Positions 36,185 through 46,474 of a stretch of DNA of 64,000 nucleotides are shown here, piece by piece. The stretch comes from Thermoanaerobaculia bacterium (lineage in GTDB: Bacteria > Acidobacteriota > Thermoanaerobaculia > Gp7-AA8), in the NCBI GenBank assembly GCA_035995985.1, contig DASYJY010000035.1, positions 378-64,377 of the forward strand, in the 5' to 3' direction. The notes beneath the pieces were generated by a model. It worked only from the letters and a program-made list of their open reading frames with translations, was not told the origin of the DNA and did no database searches. Position 1 is the first letter of the stretch. Each line of letters starts with the position of its first letter. A program made the position numbers and the translations under genes.

Positions 36185-36694
36185 TCAGAGGCCGCGTTTC
36201 TTTGCGCGGATGTTGCGCCGGCTGCCTTTCGGCTTTCCGCCGCCGCCACCGTAAGCGCCACCGCCACCAGCGCCGCCGCCACCGCCGTAACCACCGCCAC
36301 CGCCACCACCGTAGCCGCCGCCACCGCTACCACCGTAGCCGCCACCACCGCCGCCGCCGTAACCACCACCGCCGCCGCCACCCGGACCGCGGCCACCGCC
36401 ACCACCGCCGAACGAACGGCCACCGCCGCCGCCACCAGCACGCGGCGGACGATCCTCGGCTGCATTCACCCGGAGGGCGCGGCCGCCCAGATCGTGACCA
36501 TTGAATTTCTCGATCGCCTTCGCGGCGTCTTCATCCGACTCGAATTCGACGAACGCGAATCCGCGGGGCCGTCCCGACTCGCGATCGGTCGGAAGAAACA
36601 CGTCTCGTACCGTTCCGACCTGCGCAAACAACGCTTCGACTTCGTCGCGCGTTGTGTTGAAGTCGAGATTCCCTACGAAAACCTTGGAAGCCAT
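36185..36694 (-). CDS. RNA-binding protein, RRM domain with glycine-rich (GGGGGGY)n C-terminal tail
   Basis: RNP2 KVFVGNL and RNP1 RGFAFVEF. The tail repeats GGGGGGYGGGGGGGYGG. Start taken at MASKVF. Confidence 0.85.
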   Translation of the reverse strand: MASKVFVGNLDFNTTRDEVEALFAQVGTVRDVFLPTDRESGRPRGFAFVEFESDEDAAKAIEKFNGHDLGGRALRVNAAEDRPPRAGGGGGGRSFGGGGGGRGPGGGGGGGYGGGGGGGYGGSGGGGYGGGGGGGYGGGGGAGGGGAYGGGGGKPKGSRRNIRAKKRGL

Positions 36695-36811
36695 CAACAT
36701 CTCCTCTTCTGCGGCTCATGCCTGCCAGTTGAGTGGCTTCCGGCGTTCCGCGCGCGAAGTGTATCGCGTTGCATGATTGGTGCGAGGGAAAACTCAACTA
36801 CGGCTTTCCGG

Positions 36812-37447
36812 TCACAATCCCGAGCGCGCCGCTTCCGCCGTCACGCCCTGCCGCTCGTTACTCCAGCGGACGGGGAGAACGTTCAGTTCGACCGACGAAA
36901 CGCTGGCCACCCACGTGTCGAAGAGATCGTTCGGCAACGGAGGTGCGACGGCGGACTTTGCCTGCTGCGCGATCAGATTCGCGAACGGTTTGAGATCGCG
37001 CAGAACATTGACGACGATCTGCACAAAGCGCGGCACATGCGCCCACGGACTCTTCGCATTCGCGACGACGACTTGCGGGGACGCTCCGATGCGGAATGCG
37101 CGCGTCTGTCCCGGCGCGATCATCGTCAGATGCGGCATTGCAGCCCCCTCGGGGATCTCGGCGCCGATCGATACGGTGATGGTCTGCGAGTCGGCGTCGA
37201 AGGTCGCGTCGGCGATTTTGTCCGCGACTGCAATCGGCGCCGAGGTCAGATTTTCGACCTGGTAGGTGACGCTGATCGGGCAACCGGGAGAAAGCGTTTC
37301 CTGAAGCATCTGCGCGTCGACCTTGATGTCGTCCTCGCGGCCGAGCGCTCTGCGTGGGTCTTTGAAATCGACTCCGCCGGCTTCGGCTGTGGAACTGACG
37401 AGAAGGAAAACTGCCACTGCTACTGCAATACGACCTGAAGATTTCAC
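36812..37447 (-). CDS. hypothetical secreted protein (paralog of 35423-36094)
   Basis: Signal peptide. Shares IGAEIPEGAAMPHLTMIAPGQTRAF and LFDTWVASVSSVELNVLPVRW with its paralog. Confidence 0.5.
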   Translation of the reverse strand: MKSSGRIAVAVAVFLLVSSTAEAGGVDFKDPRRALGREDDIKVDAQMLQETLSPGCPISVTYQVENLTSAPIAVADKIADATFDADSQTITVSIGAEIPEGAAMPHLTMIAPGQTRAFRIGASPQVVVANAKSPWAHVPRFVQIVVNVLRDLKPFANLIAQQAKSAVAPPLPNDLFDTWVASVSSVELNVLPVRWSNERQGVTAEAARSGL

Positions 37448-37472
37448 GACGACCTCCTATGCGGAGGTGGTC

Positions 37473-39269
<1,797 letters not shown>

Positions 39270-39317
39270 CAGGCGGCGGGCTGTCTAACACGAAGTACGC
39301 GGATTGTCATCCACGGG

Positions 39318-39390
39318 AGGAGTGGATTAGTGGATCAGGACTCTGAGCCGCTCCGCTTTCCTAATCTACGAGTCACTAATCTACTGATCC
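39318..39390. repeat. second copy of GTGGATTAGT-type repeat element
   Basis: Both agtggattagtggatcagg and ctaatctacgagtcactaatctactgatcc share cores with the 35340-35412 element. Confidence 0.45.
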
Positions 39391-39866
39391 AGCAGCTTCT
39401 CCATGATCACGACATCGCGCCAGACTCCGTCGAGTTGCCCATGCCGTTCGTAAACGCCCACTTCGCGAAATCCGAGCGCGCGCAGCAATCCGCGGCTGGC
39501 GGCGTTTTCGACGAAGACGCGCGAAACCAGCTTCCAGAAGCCGGCAGCGCGCGCGGCGGTGAAGAGTGCTTCCATCGCCATCCGTCCGGCGCCGCGTCCG
39601 CGCGCGGCGCGGGCGGCGTAAACGGAAAATTCGGCGATGCCGGCGTAGCAATCGCGGGAACGGTAGGTCGACGTCGCGGCGAACGCGATCACCTCGCCGT
39701 CATCGTCCGCAACGACGACGACCGGATGACGACCGTCGAACCACCGCACCACGTCGTCCGCGGTGCGGTGGCGCGTTTCGAACGTAGCCACCCGGTCGTC
39801 GATGCCTTCGTTGTAGATGCGGGCGATGGCTGCGGCGTCGGACGCCGCGGCATCCCGCATCTTCAT
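39381..39866 (-). CDS. GNAT family N-acetyltransferase
   Basis: Start taken at MKMRDAAASDAAAIARIYNEG. The acetyl-CoA binding segment is RGRGAGRMAMEAL. The track ORF's 5' extension overlaps the S46 gene and is judged artefactual. Confidence 0.75.
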   Translation of the reverse strand: MKMRDAAASDAAAIARIYNEGIDDRVATFETRHRTADDVVRWFDGRHPVVVVADDDGEVIAFAATSTYRSRDCYAGIAEFSVYAARAARGRGAGRMAMEALFTAARAAGFWKLVSRVFVENAASRGLLRALGFREVGVYERHGQLDGVWRDVVIMEKLLDQ

Positions 39867-41929
39867 TTCCCGGTCAGTTCCTTCACCAGCCCCGGAAGGC
39901 TGTAGACCTTCTTCAACGCATCGAGGATGCCGGCCGAATGCACAGCCACGGCGCGGCCGACACGGTCGTCGAACTGGTAGTCCCACGGCAGCGACTGAAT
40001 GTTTCCGTCGAAGATGATGCCGACGAATTCGTTGTTGCGATTCACGACCGGGCTGCCGGAGTTGCCGCCGATGATGTCCGCGGTCATGACGAAGTCGTAC
40101 GGCGTCTTGTCGTTGTCGAGTACCGCCTTCTTCGAAATCCACGACTGCGGCAGCTTGAACTCGCCCTCATTGCCATGTTCCGCGGCGTGCTCGAACGTGC
40201 CGCCGATCTCCGTCGCCCACGGAACGTTCTGGCCGTTTTCAACGAACCCTTTCACCGTTCCGTACGAGAGCCGCAGCGTGAACGTGGCGTCGGGATAGGT
40301 ATCGCCGCCGCTGGTTTTGAACTGCGCGTTGGCGATCTTCGCGTACGACTGCCGCAGCGGTTCGGCGATGTTGTTGTCGTACTGCGTGCGCAGCTCGCGC
40401 GCGCGGGCGTCGACCATGCGAGCCACCTGGATCATCGGATCGTTCGACGCGTCGACCGCGGACTTGCCGCCTTCGCCGAGCGCTTTGCGAGCGGCAACGT
40501 CGCGAAGCTTCGTGCCGTGGACGAGTTCCGCGGCGCGCTCCTGCGGCGATTTGCCGGCCAGCACCTGCTTCACCAGCGCATCGGTCGGCGCGACTTCGAG
40601 CCAGTTCGACAGCGAATCGGCCAGCGTCACGATTTCCAGATCCTCATAAATCGGAGCTTCGGAATACAGACCCTGCTTCAGCGACGGCAGGTTCGACTCG
40701 CGATATTCGCGGAGCCGTTCGCCGTTCGGCTTCGTCGATTCCTCGCCGAGGCGAAGCAGCGTTTTGGCGGTCTGGAAGAGCGCGCTGTTGAAGGCCACGC
40801 CGCCCTCGATGAATCGATATTCGAGATAGATCGGACGATAGGTGTTGATCGCGGCGTCGATGTTCTGCCATGCATCGCCGTACGAGGTGTTGAGCTGGCC
40901 GTCGGCGGTCACCTTCTGGCGCAGCGACGCTTCGCTGGCCGATTTCGTGGCCAACACGGCCGGATCCTGAAGGCCGGCGATGCGCCCGAGGTAGGCCTTG
41001 CGCGAGTTCTTGACTCCGAAAAGCTCATCGTGCGCGCGGCGGTCGTTCTCGAGGCTGCGCTGCGCGTAGTTCGTCAGCAGCACTTCGCGGCGGCGCAGCA
41101 GGTTGAGCGTGAAGGGATAGGCGATGTCGCGGTAGAACTGCAGGTGCGTCATCGTGTTCAGACGACTCGTCGATCCCGGATGGCCGGAGACGAAAACGAG
41201 CTCGCCGTCCTTCGCGCCCGTCTCGCTCCACTTGAGGTAGTCGGCCGGATGGACCGGCTTGCCGTTCTCGTACGCGCGGAAGAAGCAGACGTCGAGATCG
41301 TAGCGCGGATACTCGAAGTTGTCCGGATCGCCGCCGAAGAATGCGATGGCAACTTCCGGCGCGAAGACGAGCCTCACGTCGGTGTAGACCTTGTAGCGGT
41401 AGAGGTGATACTCGCCGCCCTGGAAGAGCGTGACGACATCGCTGCGAAGTCCGGACGCCTTCACCGACTCCTGCTCGATCGTGCTCATCACGCCGCGCCG
41501 CGCTGCCTGGGCGGCCGCGGTGGTCATGCCGGGCGTCACCGCGGCGTTGACCTTCGCGGTGACGTCCTCGATCGACTGCAGCACGTTCAATTCGAGATCG
41601 ACGCACTTCACCTCGTCGGCCTGCGTCTTGGCGTAGTAACCGGTGGTGACGTAGTCGTGATCCTTGGTCGAGATCTTGGCCAGGCAATCGAGTCCGACGT
41701 GATGGTTGGTCAGCGCCAACCCGTCCGCCGACACGAACGATCCCGACCCGCCGCTGTTGAATCGAATGGACGACTTCTGCAGATGATCGAGCCACGCCTG
41801 CGTCGGCGCAAAGTTGTACCGCTGCTTGAAGATCGCTTTCGGCGTCCGGTTGAAAAGCCACATCCCCTCGTCCGCGACCAGCGGAAGCGCGAGGAGCAGG
41901 AAGAGGATTGCGAGGAAGGACTTACGCAT
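39863..41929 (-). CDS. S46 family serine peptidase (dipeptidyl-peptidase 7/11-like), secreted
   Basis: Signal peptide MRKSFLAILFLLLALPLVA followed by the mature-N-terminus hallmark DEGMWLF. Catalytic His in TNHHVG, and Ser in GGNSGSPV. Confidence 0.85.
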   Translation of the reverse strand: MRKSFLAILFLLLALPLVADEGMWLFNRTPKAIFKQRYNFAPTQAWLDHLQKSSIRFNSGGSGSFVSADGLALTNHHVGLDCLAKISTKDHDYVTTGYYAKTQADEVKCVDLELNVLQSIEDVTAKVNAAVTPGMTTAAAQAARRGVMSTIEQESVKASGLRSDVVTLFQGGEYHLYRYKVYTDVRLVFAPEVAIAFFGGDPDNFEYPRYDLDVCFFRAYENGKPVHPADYLKWSETGAKDGELVFVSGHPGSTSRLNTMTHLQFYRDIAYPFTLNLLRRREVLLTNYAQRSLENDRRAHDELFGVKNSRKAYLGRIAGLQDPAVLATKSASEASLRQKVTADGQLNTSYGDAWQNIDAAINTYRPIYLEYRFIEGGVAFNSALFQTAKTLLRLGEESTKPNGERLREYRESNLPSLKQGLYSEAPIYEDLEIVTLADSLSNWLEVAPTDALVKQVLAGKSPQERAAELVHGTKLRDVAARKALGEGGKSAVDASNDPMIQVARMVDARARELRTQYDNNIAEPLRQSYAKIANAQFKTSGGDTYPDATFTLRLSYGTVKGFVENGQNVPWATEIGGTFEHAAEHGNEGEFKLPQSWISKKAVLDNDKTPYDFVMTADIIGGNSGSPVVNRNNEFVGIIFDGNIQSLPWDYQFDDRVGRAVAVHSAGILDALKKVYSLPGLVKELTGK

Positions 41930-41992
41930 CAAAATTACCTCCAGTTGATTTGCGAGCGGGATTCTATGCACAAACCGCGCGAGACGGTTTTC

Positions 41993-42060
41993 ACGCGAAG
42001 CCGCGGGGACGCGGAGGTGAGTCCGCGTTTTTCTCCGCGCCTCCGCGTCTCCGCGTGAAA
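41993..42060. repeat. palindromic REP-like element (tcacgcgaagccgcggggacgcggag ... ctccgcgcctccgcgtctccgcgtga)
   Basis: Imperfect ~68-nt hairpin. Near-identical copy at 54788-54846 and a half-copy at 4453-4483. Confidence 0.6.
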
Positions 42061-42242
42061 AAATAAGGAGATGCTCGCGAAGATCATGATCGACAAACGA
42101 TTGCTCGCCGCGAGGCGAGTCACGGAGGCGCTCCGAAATTACCTTCGAATGCGAAAGCAGAAGAAGATCGTGGCCCTGTTCGGAACGATCGACTTCGATC
42201 CGAAATACGACTACAAAAAGCAACGAAATCGCAGGTAAGTCT

Positions 42243-44897
42243 TTATCTCCAGTTCGCGACCACGGTCACCGGCGAGGGATCCGCCTCCCCTCCGTTCGCG
42301 ATGACCCGTCCGTCCGGCGCGAGGTCGTAGTCGGAGGAAGAGACGGGGTTGACGTCGAGGCGGTATCTCGGTCGCGTCGCGGTAATGGCGAAGGTGGTCG
42401 CGGTCTGGACGTCGACCTCGGTCAGCGTGTTGTCGGCGGTGAGGTAGTCGAGGTGCGCGCCGTCGGGAGACCAGCGGGAGGAGTGGCCGCCGGTGGTCGT
42501 GACCTGCCACTTGCCGCCGGTGCCGAGGAAAGGGACGACGTAGATTTCGTCGCGGCCGCTTTCGTTCGAGGTGTAGGCGAGCCAGCGGCCGTCGGGGGAG
42601 ATTCGCGGATCATGCGCGGCGAATTCGCCGGCGATGATCGCGCGCGGTTGTTCGGCGGCGGTCAGCGGCACAGCCCAGATCTGCGGGGCGGCGGGATTTT
42701 GCCAGAGCGAGACGACGACCCATTTGCCATCCGGCGAGGCGGAGCCGGGGTCGGCGTCGCCGGTTAGTCGCGCGACGAGTTGGCGCGGACCGTTGCCGTC
42801 GGCGCGGCGACGGTAGATGGCGGCGCGCTCTTCCGGCTTGTCGCGCGCCGCGTAGATGATCTCCGTGCCGTCGTGGCTCCAGACTGGCGCCTCATTCATC
42901 GACCCTTCGAACGTGAGCCGCGTGCGAACGTCGTGGTCGGCGTCGATGACCCAGATGTCGGCGCGCGGCTCGCCGGCGTTCGTGACCAGGCGATGGCCGT
43001 CGGACGAGAGTTTGAGGTCGTAATACTTGGCCACCTCGCCGAGCGTGCCGAGGTTCTTGCCGTCGCGGCCGAACCAGAGCAGGTGCGTCCCGGAGAGCGT
43101 GCCGCCGGGTTGAAAGATGAGCGTGCGGCCGGCGGCATCGAAGACACCGTGCCACGTCGAGGCATCGAAGCGAACGTTCTGCGCCACGATCGTAGGACTA
43201 CCCGTCAACGCGCCGCGGCTGACATCGAACGGCTGCGAGACGAGCGTGCTTTCGCGCAGCATCAGGAGCTTGCCGTCGATGTAGGCGACATTCGCCAGAG
43301 TCTGCGCGACCACACGATCGCTGCGGCCGTCGAGAAAGCGGATGTGCAACGCGGTGGCGCGCGAACCGGGCACGAAGTGATTCGCGGCGAGGTAGAGAAA
43401 CGACTTGCCGCCGGGGAGGAAGAGCGGCCAGCGATGCGTGGTGATGCCGCCGCCGGGCGTGGTCAGCGCGACAGGCGTGCCGCCGCTGGCGTTTACGCGA
43501 TACAGACCAGCGCGCGTCTCGGGCGTGTAGACGATGATGTTCTCCTCGCTCCACGTTCCGCCGCGCGCATTCGGCGCGTCGGTGACGACGATCGGTACGC
43601 CACCGGCGGCATCAACGGTCTTCAACTTGCCATGCGCGAAGAATCCGAGCGAGCGATTGTCGGGCGACCAGAACGGGAACATGGCGTCGTCGCTGTTTTC
43701 AATCTCGCGCGGCTCGGCGGAGTCGAGCGAACGCATCCACAGCGTCCGCTTCCCTTCCGGCGAGACCGCCACAAAGGCGACTCGGCGGCCGTCGTGTGAA
43801 AGGACAGGCGAGCCTGCATAGTCGCCGGTGAAGACGAATCGCAGTCCACGCGGCGGCACGATCGCGGCGATGACCGGCTGGCGCAGTGAATCGATTTCGC
43901 GCCGTGACCACATCGCGATTCCGGTTGCCGCCGCAATCGCGCCTGCGAGCGCGATCGTCCACGCCGCCCGCTCGCGCCACATGCGTCCGCGCGCGCGGGC
44001 CATCGGCGGCGGCGCGGACGGATTCGTCTGCTCGTCGCGGATCCACTGCAGCGCGAGCATGACGTCGTGCGCCGTCTGGAAGCGGTCATCGGGATTTTTC
44101 GCGAGGCACGTGCGAACGACGCGATCGAGCGACACCGGCGTCATCGGACGCAGCGTCGAGATCGGCGCCGGCTCGCTGGCGATGATCTGCGCGATCATCC
44201 CGGCCCGGCTGGCCGCGTTGAACGCGCGTCGGCCGGTGAGCATCTCGTAGAGCATGCAGCCGAATGCGAAAATGTCGGTGCGCGCGTCGCTGCGGGCGTA
44301 TTCGATCTGCTCCGGCGCCATGTAGCAGAACGTTCCCACCAGCGTCCCCTCGGCGGTCAGCGGCTCGCTGGGCAGCATCGCGGTGATGCTTTGCGGCGAC
44401 GTCGACGCGACCAACGCCGCGTCCATCGCTTTTGCCAGGCCGAAATCGAGCAGCTTCGAGCCGCTGCGCGTGAGGATGACGTTGCCCGGCTTGAGATCGC
44501 GATGAATGATGCCGGTGCGATGCGCCTTATCGAGCGCGTCGGCGATCTCGATGCCGTGCCGCAAGACGTCCGACACCGGCAACGGACCGCGAGCCAGCCG
44601 CTCCGTCAGCGGCTCGCCGTCGAGATACTCCATCACCAGATACTCGACGTCGTTCTGCGTGCCGACGTCGAAGAGCATGCAGATGTTCGGATGATTGAGG
44701 CTCGAGATTGCCTTCGCCTCGCGCTCGAAGCGCGCGCGCAGCTGCGCATCGCGCGCGAACTCCGCCGGCAGCACTTTGATGGCCACGTCGCGCGAGAGCC
44801 GCGTGTCGCTGGCGCGGTAAACCTCTCCCATCCCGCCCGCGCCGATGGGCGCAGCGATCTCGTACGGGCCGAGCCGGGTGCCGGGAGGAAGGGACAC
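42243..44897 (-). CDS. Ser/Thr protein kinase with TM segment and C-terminal TolB-like/WD40-like beta-propeller
   Basis: Kinase motifs GAGGMGEVY, HRDLKPGN and DFG. ~550-aa C-terminal propeller region. Confidence 0.9.
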   Translation of the reverse strand: MSLPPGTRLGPYEIAAPIGAGGMGEVYRASDTRLSRDVAIKVLPAEFARDAQLRARFEREAKAISSLNHPNICMLFDVGTQNDVEYLVMEYLDGEPLTERLARGPLPVSDVLRHGIEIADALDKAHRTGIIHRDLKPGNVILTRSGSKLLDFGLAKAMDAALVASTSPQSITAMLPSEPLTAEGTLVGTFCYMAPEQIEYARSDARTDIFAFGCMLYEMLTGRRAFNAASRAGMIAQIIASEPAPISTLRPMTPVSLDRVVRTCLAKNPDDRFQTAHDVMLALQWIRDEQTNPSAPPPMARARGRMWRERAAWTIALAGAIAAATGIAMWSRREIDSLRQPVIAAIVPPRGLRFVFTGDYAGSPVLSHDGRRVAFVAVSPEGKRTLWMRSLDSAEPREIENSDDAMFPFWSPDNRSLGFFAHGKLKTVDAAGGVPIVVTDAPNARGGTWSEENIIVYTPETRAGLYRVNASGGTPVALTTPGGGITTHRWPLFLPGGKSFLYLAANHFVPGSRATALHIRFLDGRSDRVVAQTLANVAYIDGKLLMLRESTLVSQPFDVSRGALTGSPTIVAQNVRFDASTWHGVFDAAGRTLIFQPGGTLSGTHLLWFGRDGKNLGTLGEVAKYYDLKLSSDGHRLVTNAGEPRADIWVIDADHDVRTRLTFEGSMNEAPVWSHDGTEIIYAARDKPEERAAIYRRRADGNGPRQLVARLTGDADPGSASPDGKWVVVSLWQNPAAPQIWAVPLTAAEQPRAIIAGEFAAHDPRISPDGRWLAYTSNESGRDEIYVVPFLGTGGKWQVTTTGGHSSRWSPDGAHLDYLTADNTLTEVDVQTATTFAITATRPRYRLDVNPVSSSDYDLAPDGRVIANGGEADPSPVTVVANWR

Positions 44898-44910
44898 GTG
44901 TGGCGAAAGT

Positions 44911-45783
44911 CTAATCCCAGTTCGTGTCGTTCATCTTCGCCACGATCTTCGCGACTTCGATGTAGTCGGCGCCGTCGCCGAGCTGGTTCAGCGATGATGT
45001 GAAGAGGTGCTGCGTCAGTGCCAGCATCGGCGTCGCGGCGTGCTGCTGATGCGCGATCGACGCGGCGATGCGGATGTCTTTGTCGTGATGCGCGAGTTTG
45101 AAAACGAGCGGCCACTTGTGCTCGAGGAGCCGCATCGGCAGCAGGTTTTCGGATGCATTCGATCGGCCGCTGCCGGCGTTCGTCACGGCGAGCGCGGTCT
45201 TGAGATCGATGCCGTATTGCTTCGCCAGAAGCAGGCATTCCGAGGTGATCCAGACGGTCGCGCCCATGATCGTGTTCGTGAGGACTTTGATCGCATGACC
45301 GGAGCCGACCGGACCGACGTGAATGATGGTCTTGCCGCAGAGCTGAAGAATTTCGCGGGCGCGTTCGAAATCGGCGGCGTCGCCGCCGATCATGATCGTG
45401 AGCGTGGCGTTCTCGGCGCCGACCGTCGCGCCGGTGACGGGCGCATCGACGAACGCGACGCGTTTTTCGGCGAGACGCGCTGCGGTTTGTTTCGAAGCAT
45501 TCGGATCGCCGCTGGTCGCATCGATCCAGAGCGTTCCTGGACGCAGCGACGGAAGCAGCTTGTCGACGATCTCATCGACCTCAATGCTCGTCGGCAGCAT
45601 GGTGATGATGACCTCGGCGTTCGCACAGTCGGCGAGATCGTTCGCGAGCGTCGTCCCGTGCTCGCGCGCGTGGCGCTCCGCCTTTTCGCGGGTGCGGTTC
45701 CAGACGGTGAGCTCGTGTTGTTTGGAGAGATGGCGCGCCATCGGGAAACCCATGGCGCCAAGTCCGATGAATGCGATTTTCAT
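44911..45783 (-). CDS. NAD(P)-dependent oxidoreductase, 3-hydroxyisobutyrate dehydrogenase family
   Basis: Rossmann N-terminus MKIAFIGLGAMG. The catalytic Lys region is VGSGHAIKVLTN. Confidence 0.85.
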   Translation of the reverse strand: MKIAFIGLGAMGFPMARHLSKQHELTVWNRTREKAERHAREHGTTLANDLADCANAEVIITMLPTSIEVDEIVDKLLPSLRPGTLWIDATSGDPNASKQTAARLAEKRVAFVDAPVTGATVGAENATLTIMIGGDAADFERAREILQLCGKTIIHVGPVGSGHAIKVLTNTIMGATVWITSECLLLAKQYGIDLKTALAVTNAGSGRSNASENLLPMRLLEHKWPLVFKLAHHDKDIRIAASIAHQQHAATPMLALTQHLFTSSLNQLGDGADYIEVAKIVAKMNDTNWD

Positions 45784-46043
45784 CGGAGCATTCTATCGGG
45801 CAAGCCGAGCTGGCTGATGTGGAGTTGGCGCGTCACACACGCCGCGTCCCTGCGCCGCACTCCACATCAGAACAGCAGCTCGATCGAGACCCTCCGGCAC
45901 GCGTTGCAGAGAGAGAGAGGTAGCTTCAGCAATTGTCGACGGAGGCACGCCCATTCGCCCGCTCTTCCGTCGTTTGGGTCCGAGGTGGGCACGTAACTGA
46001 AGGGCCTCGATCCAACCGCTGTTCTCAGATTTTCAAGGAAAAT

Positions 46044-46073
46044 AAAAAAGGGGCATTACGCCCCTTTGTTTGC
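46044..46073 (-). terminator. rho-independent terminator downstream of the ferredoxin gene
   Basis: The plus strand reads aaaaaaggggcattacgcccctttgttt: a GC stem flanked by T-runs on both strands. Confidence 0.7.
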
Positions 46074-46143
46074 CTCGCGGCGAATTGCTGTTCGGTGAGT
46101 CTAAGTTTGCAGGGTACTCGATTTCGTGACGCAGCTCACATTC

Positions 46144-46407
46144 TCAGGTTTTCTTGTACCAGGCCGCGTTGATCTCCGTGTAGTGCTTCCACTGCTCCGG
46201 CACCAGATCCTGCGGGAAGATGGCCTGCACGGGACACGCCGGCTCGCACGCGCCGCAGTCGATGCAGACCTCGGGATCGATATAGAGCATCGTGTCCTCG
46301 GCGAATCCGTCCTCGTCCTTCCGAGGGTGAATGCAGTCGACGGGACAGACGTCGACGCAGGCGGTGTCCTTGGTTCCCACACACGGTTCAGCAATCACAT
46401 AGGTCAT
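46144..46407 (-). CDS. fdxA: 7Fe ferredoxin ([3Fe-4S][4Fe-4S], FdxA-type)
   Basis: Cysteine ligand pattern CVGTKDTACVDVCPVDCI ... CIDCGACEPACP. Confidence 0.9.
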   Translation of the reverse strand: MTYVIAEPCVGTKDTACVDVCPVDCIHPRKDEDGFAEDTMLYIDPEVCIDCGACEPACPVQAIFPQDLVPEQWKHYTEINAAWYKKT

Positions 46408-46474
46408 GGCGCGCGCATTTTAAGTGAAGAAGGAACGGGTCAAGTGAAAAAAATCGGGCCGGCGAATCCCAGCT

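Noticed and set aside
36200-36470. Tandem GC-rich DNA repeats (ccgccaccaccg...) considered as a simple-repeat locus or CRISPR
   Set aside because: They encode the (GGGGGGY)n tail of the RRM protein on the minus strand. There is no spacer-repeat architecture.
39938-42058. 706-aa plus-strand ORF across the S46 peptidase gene
   Set aside because: Antisense to a gene with the hallmark DEGMWLF and catalytic-triad motifs.
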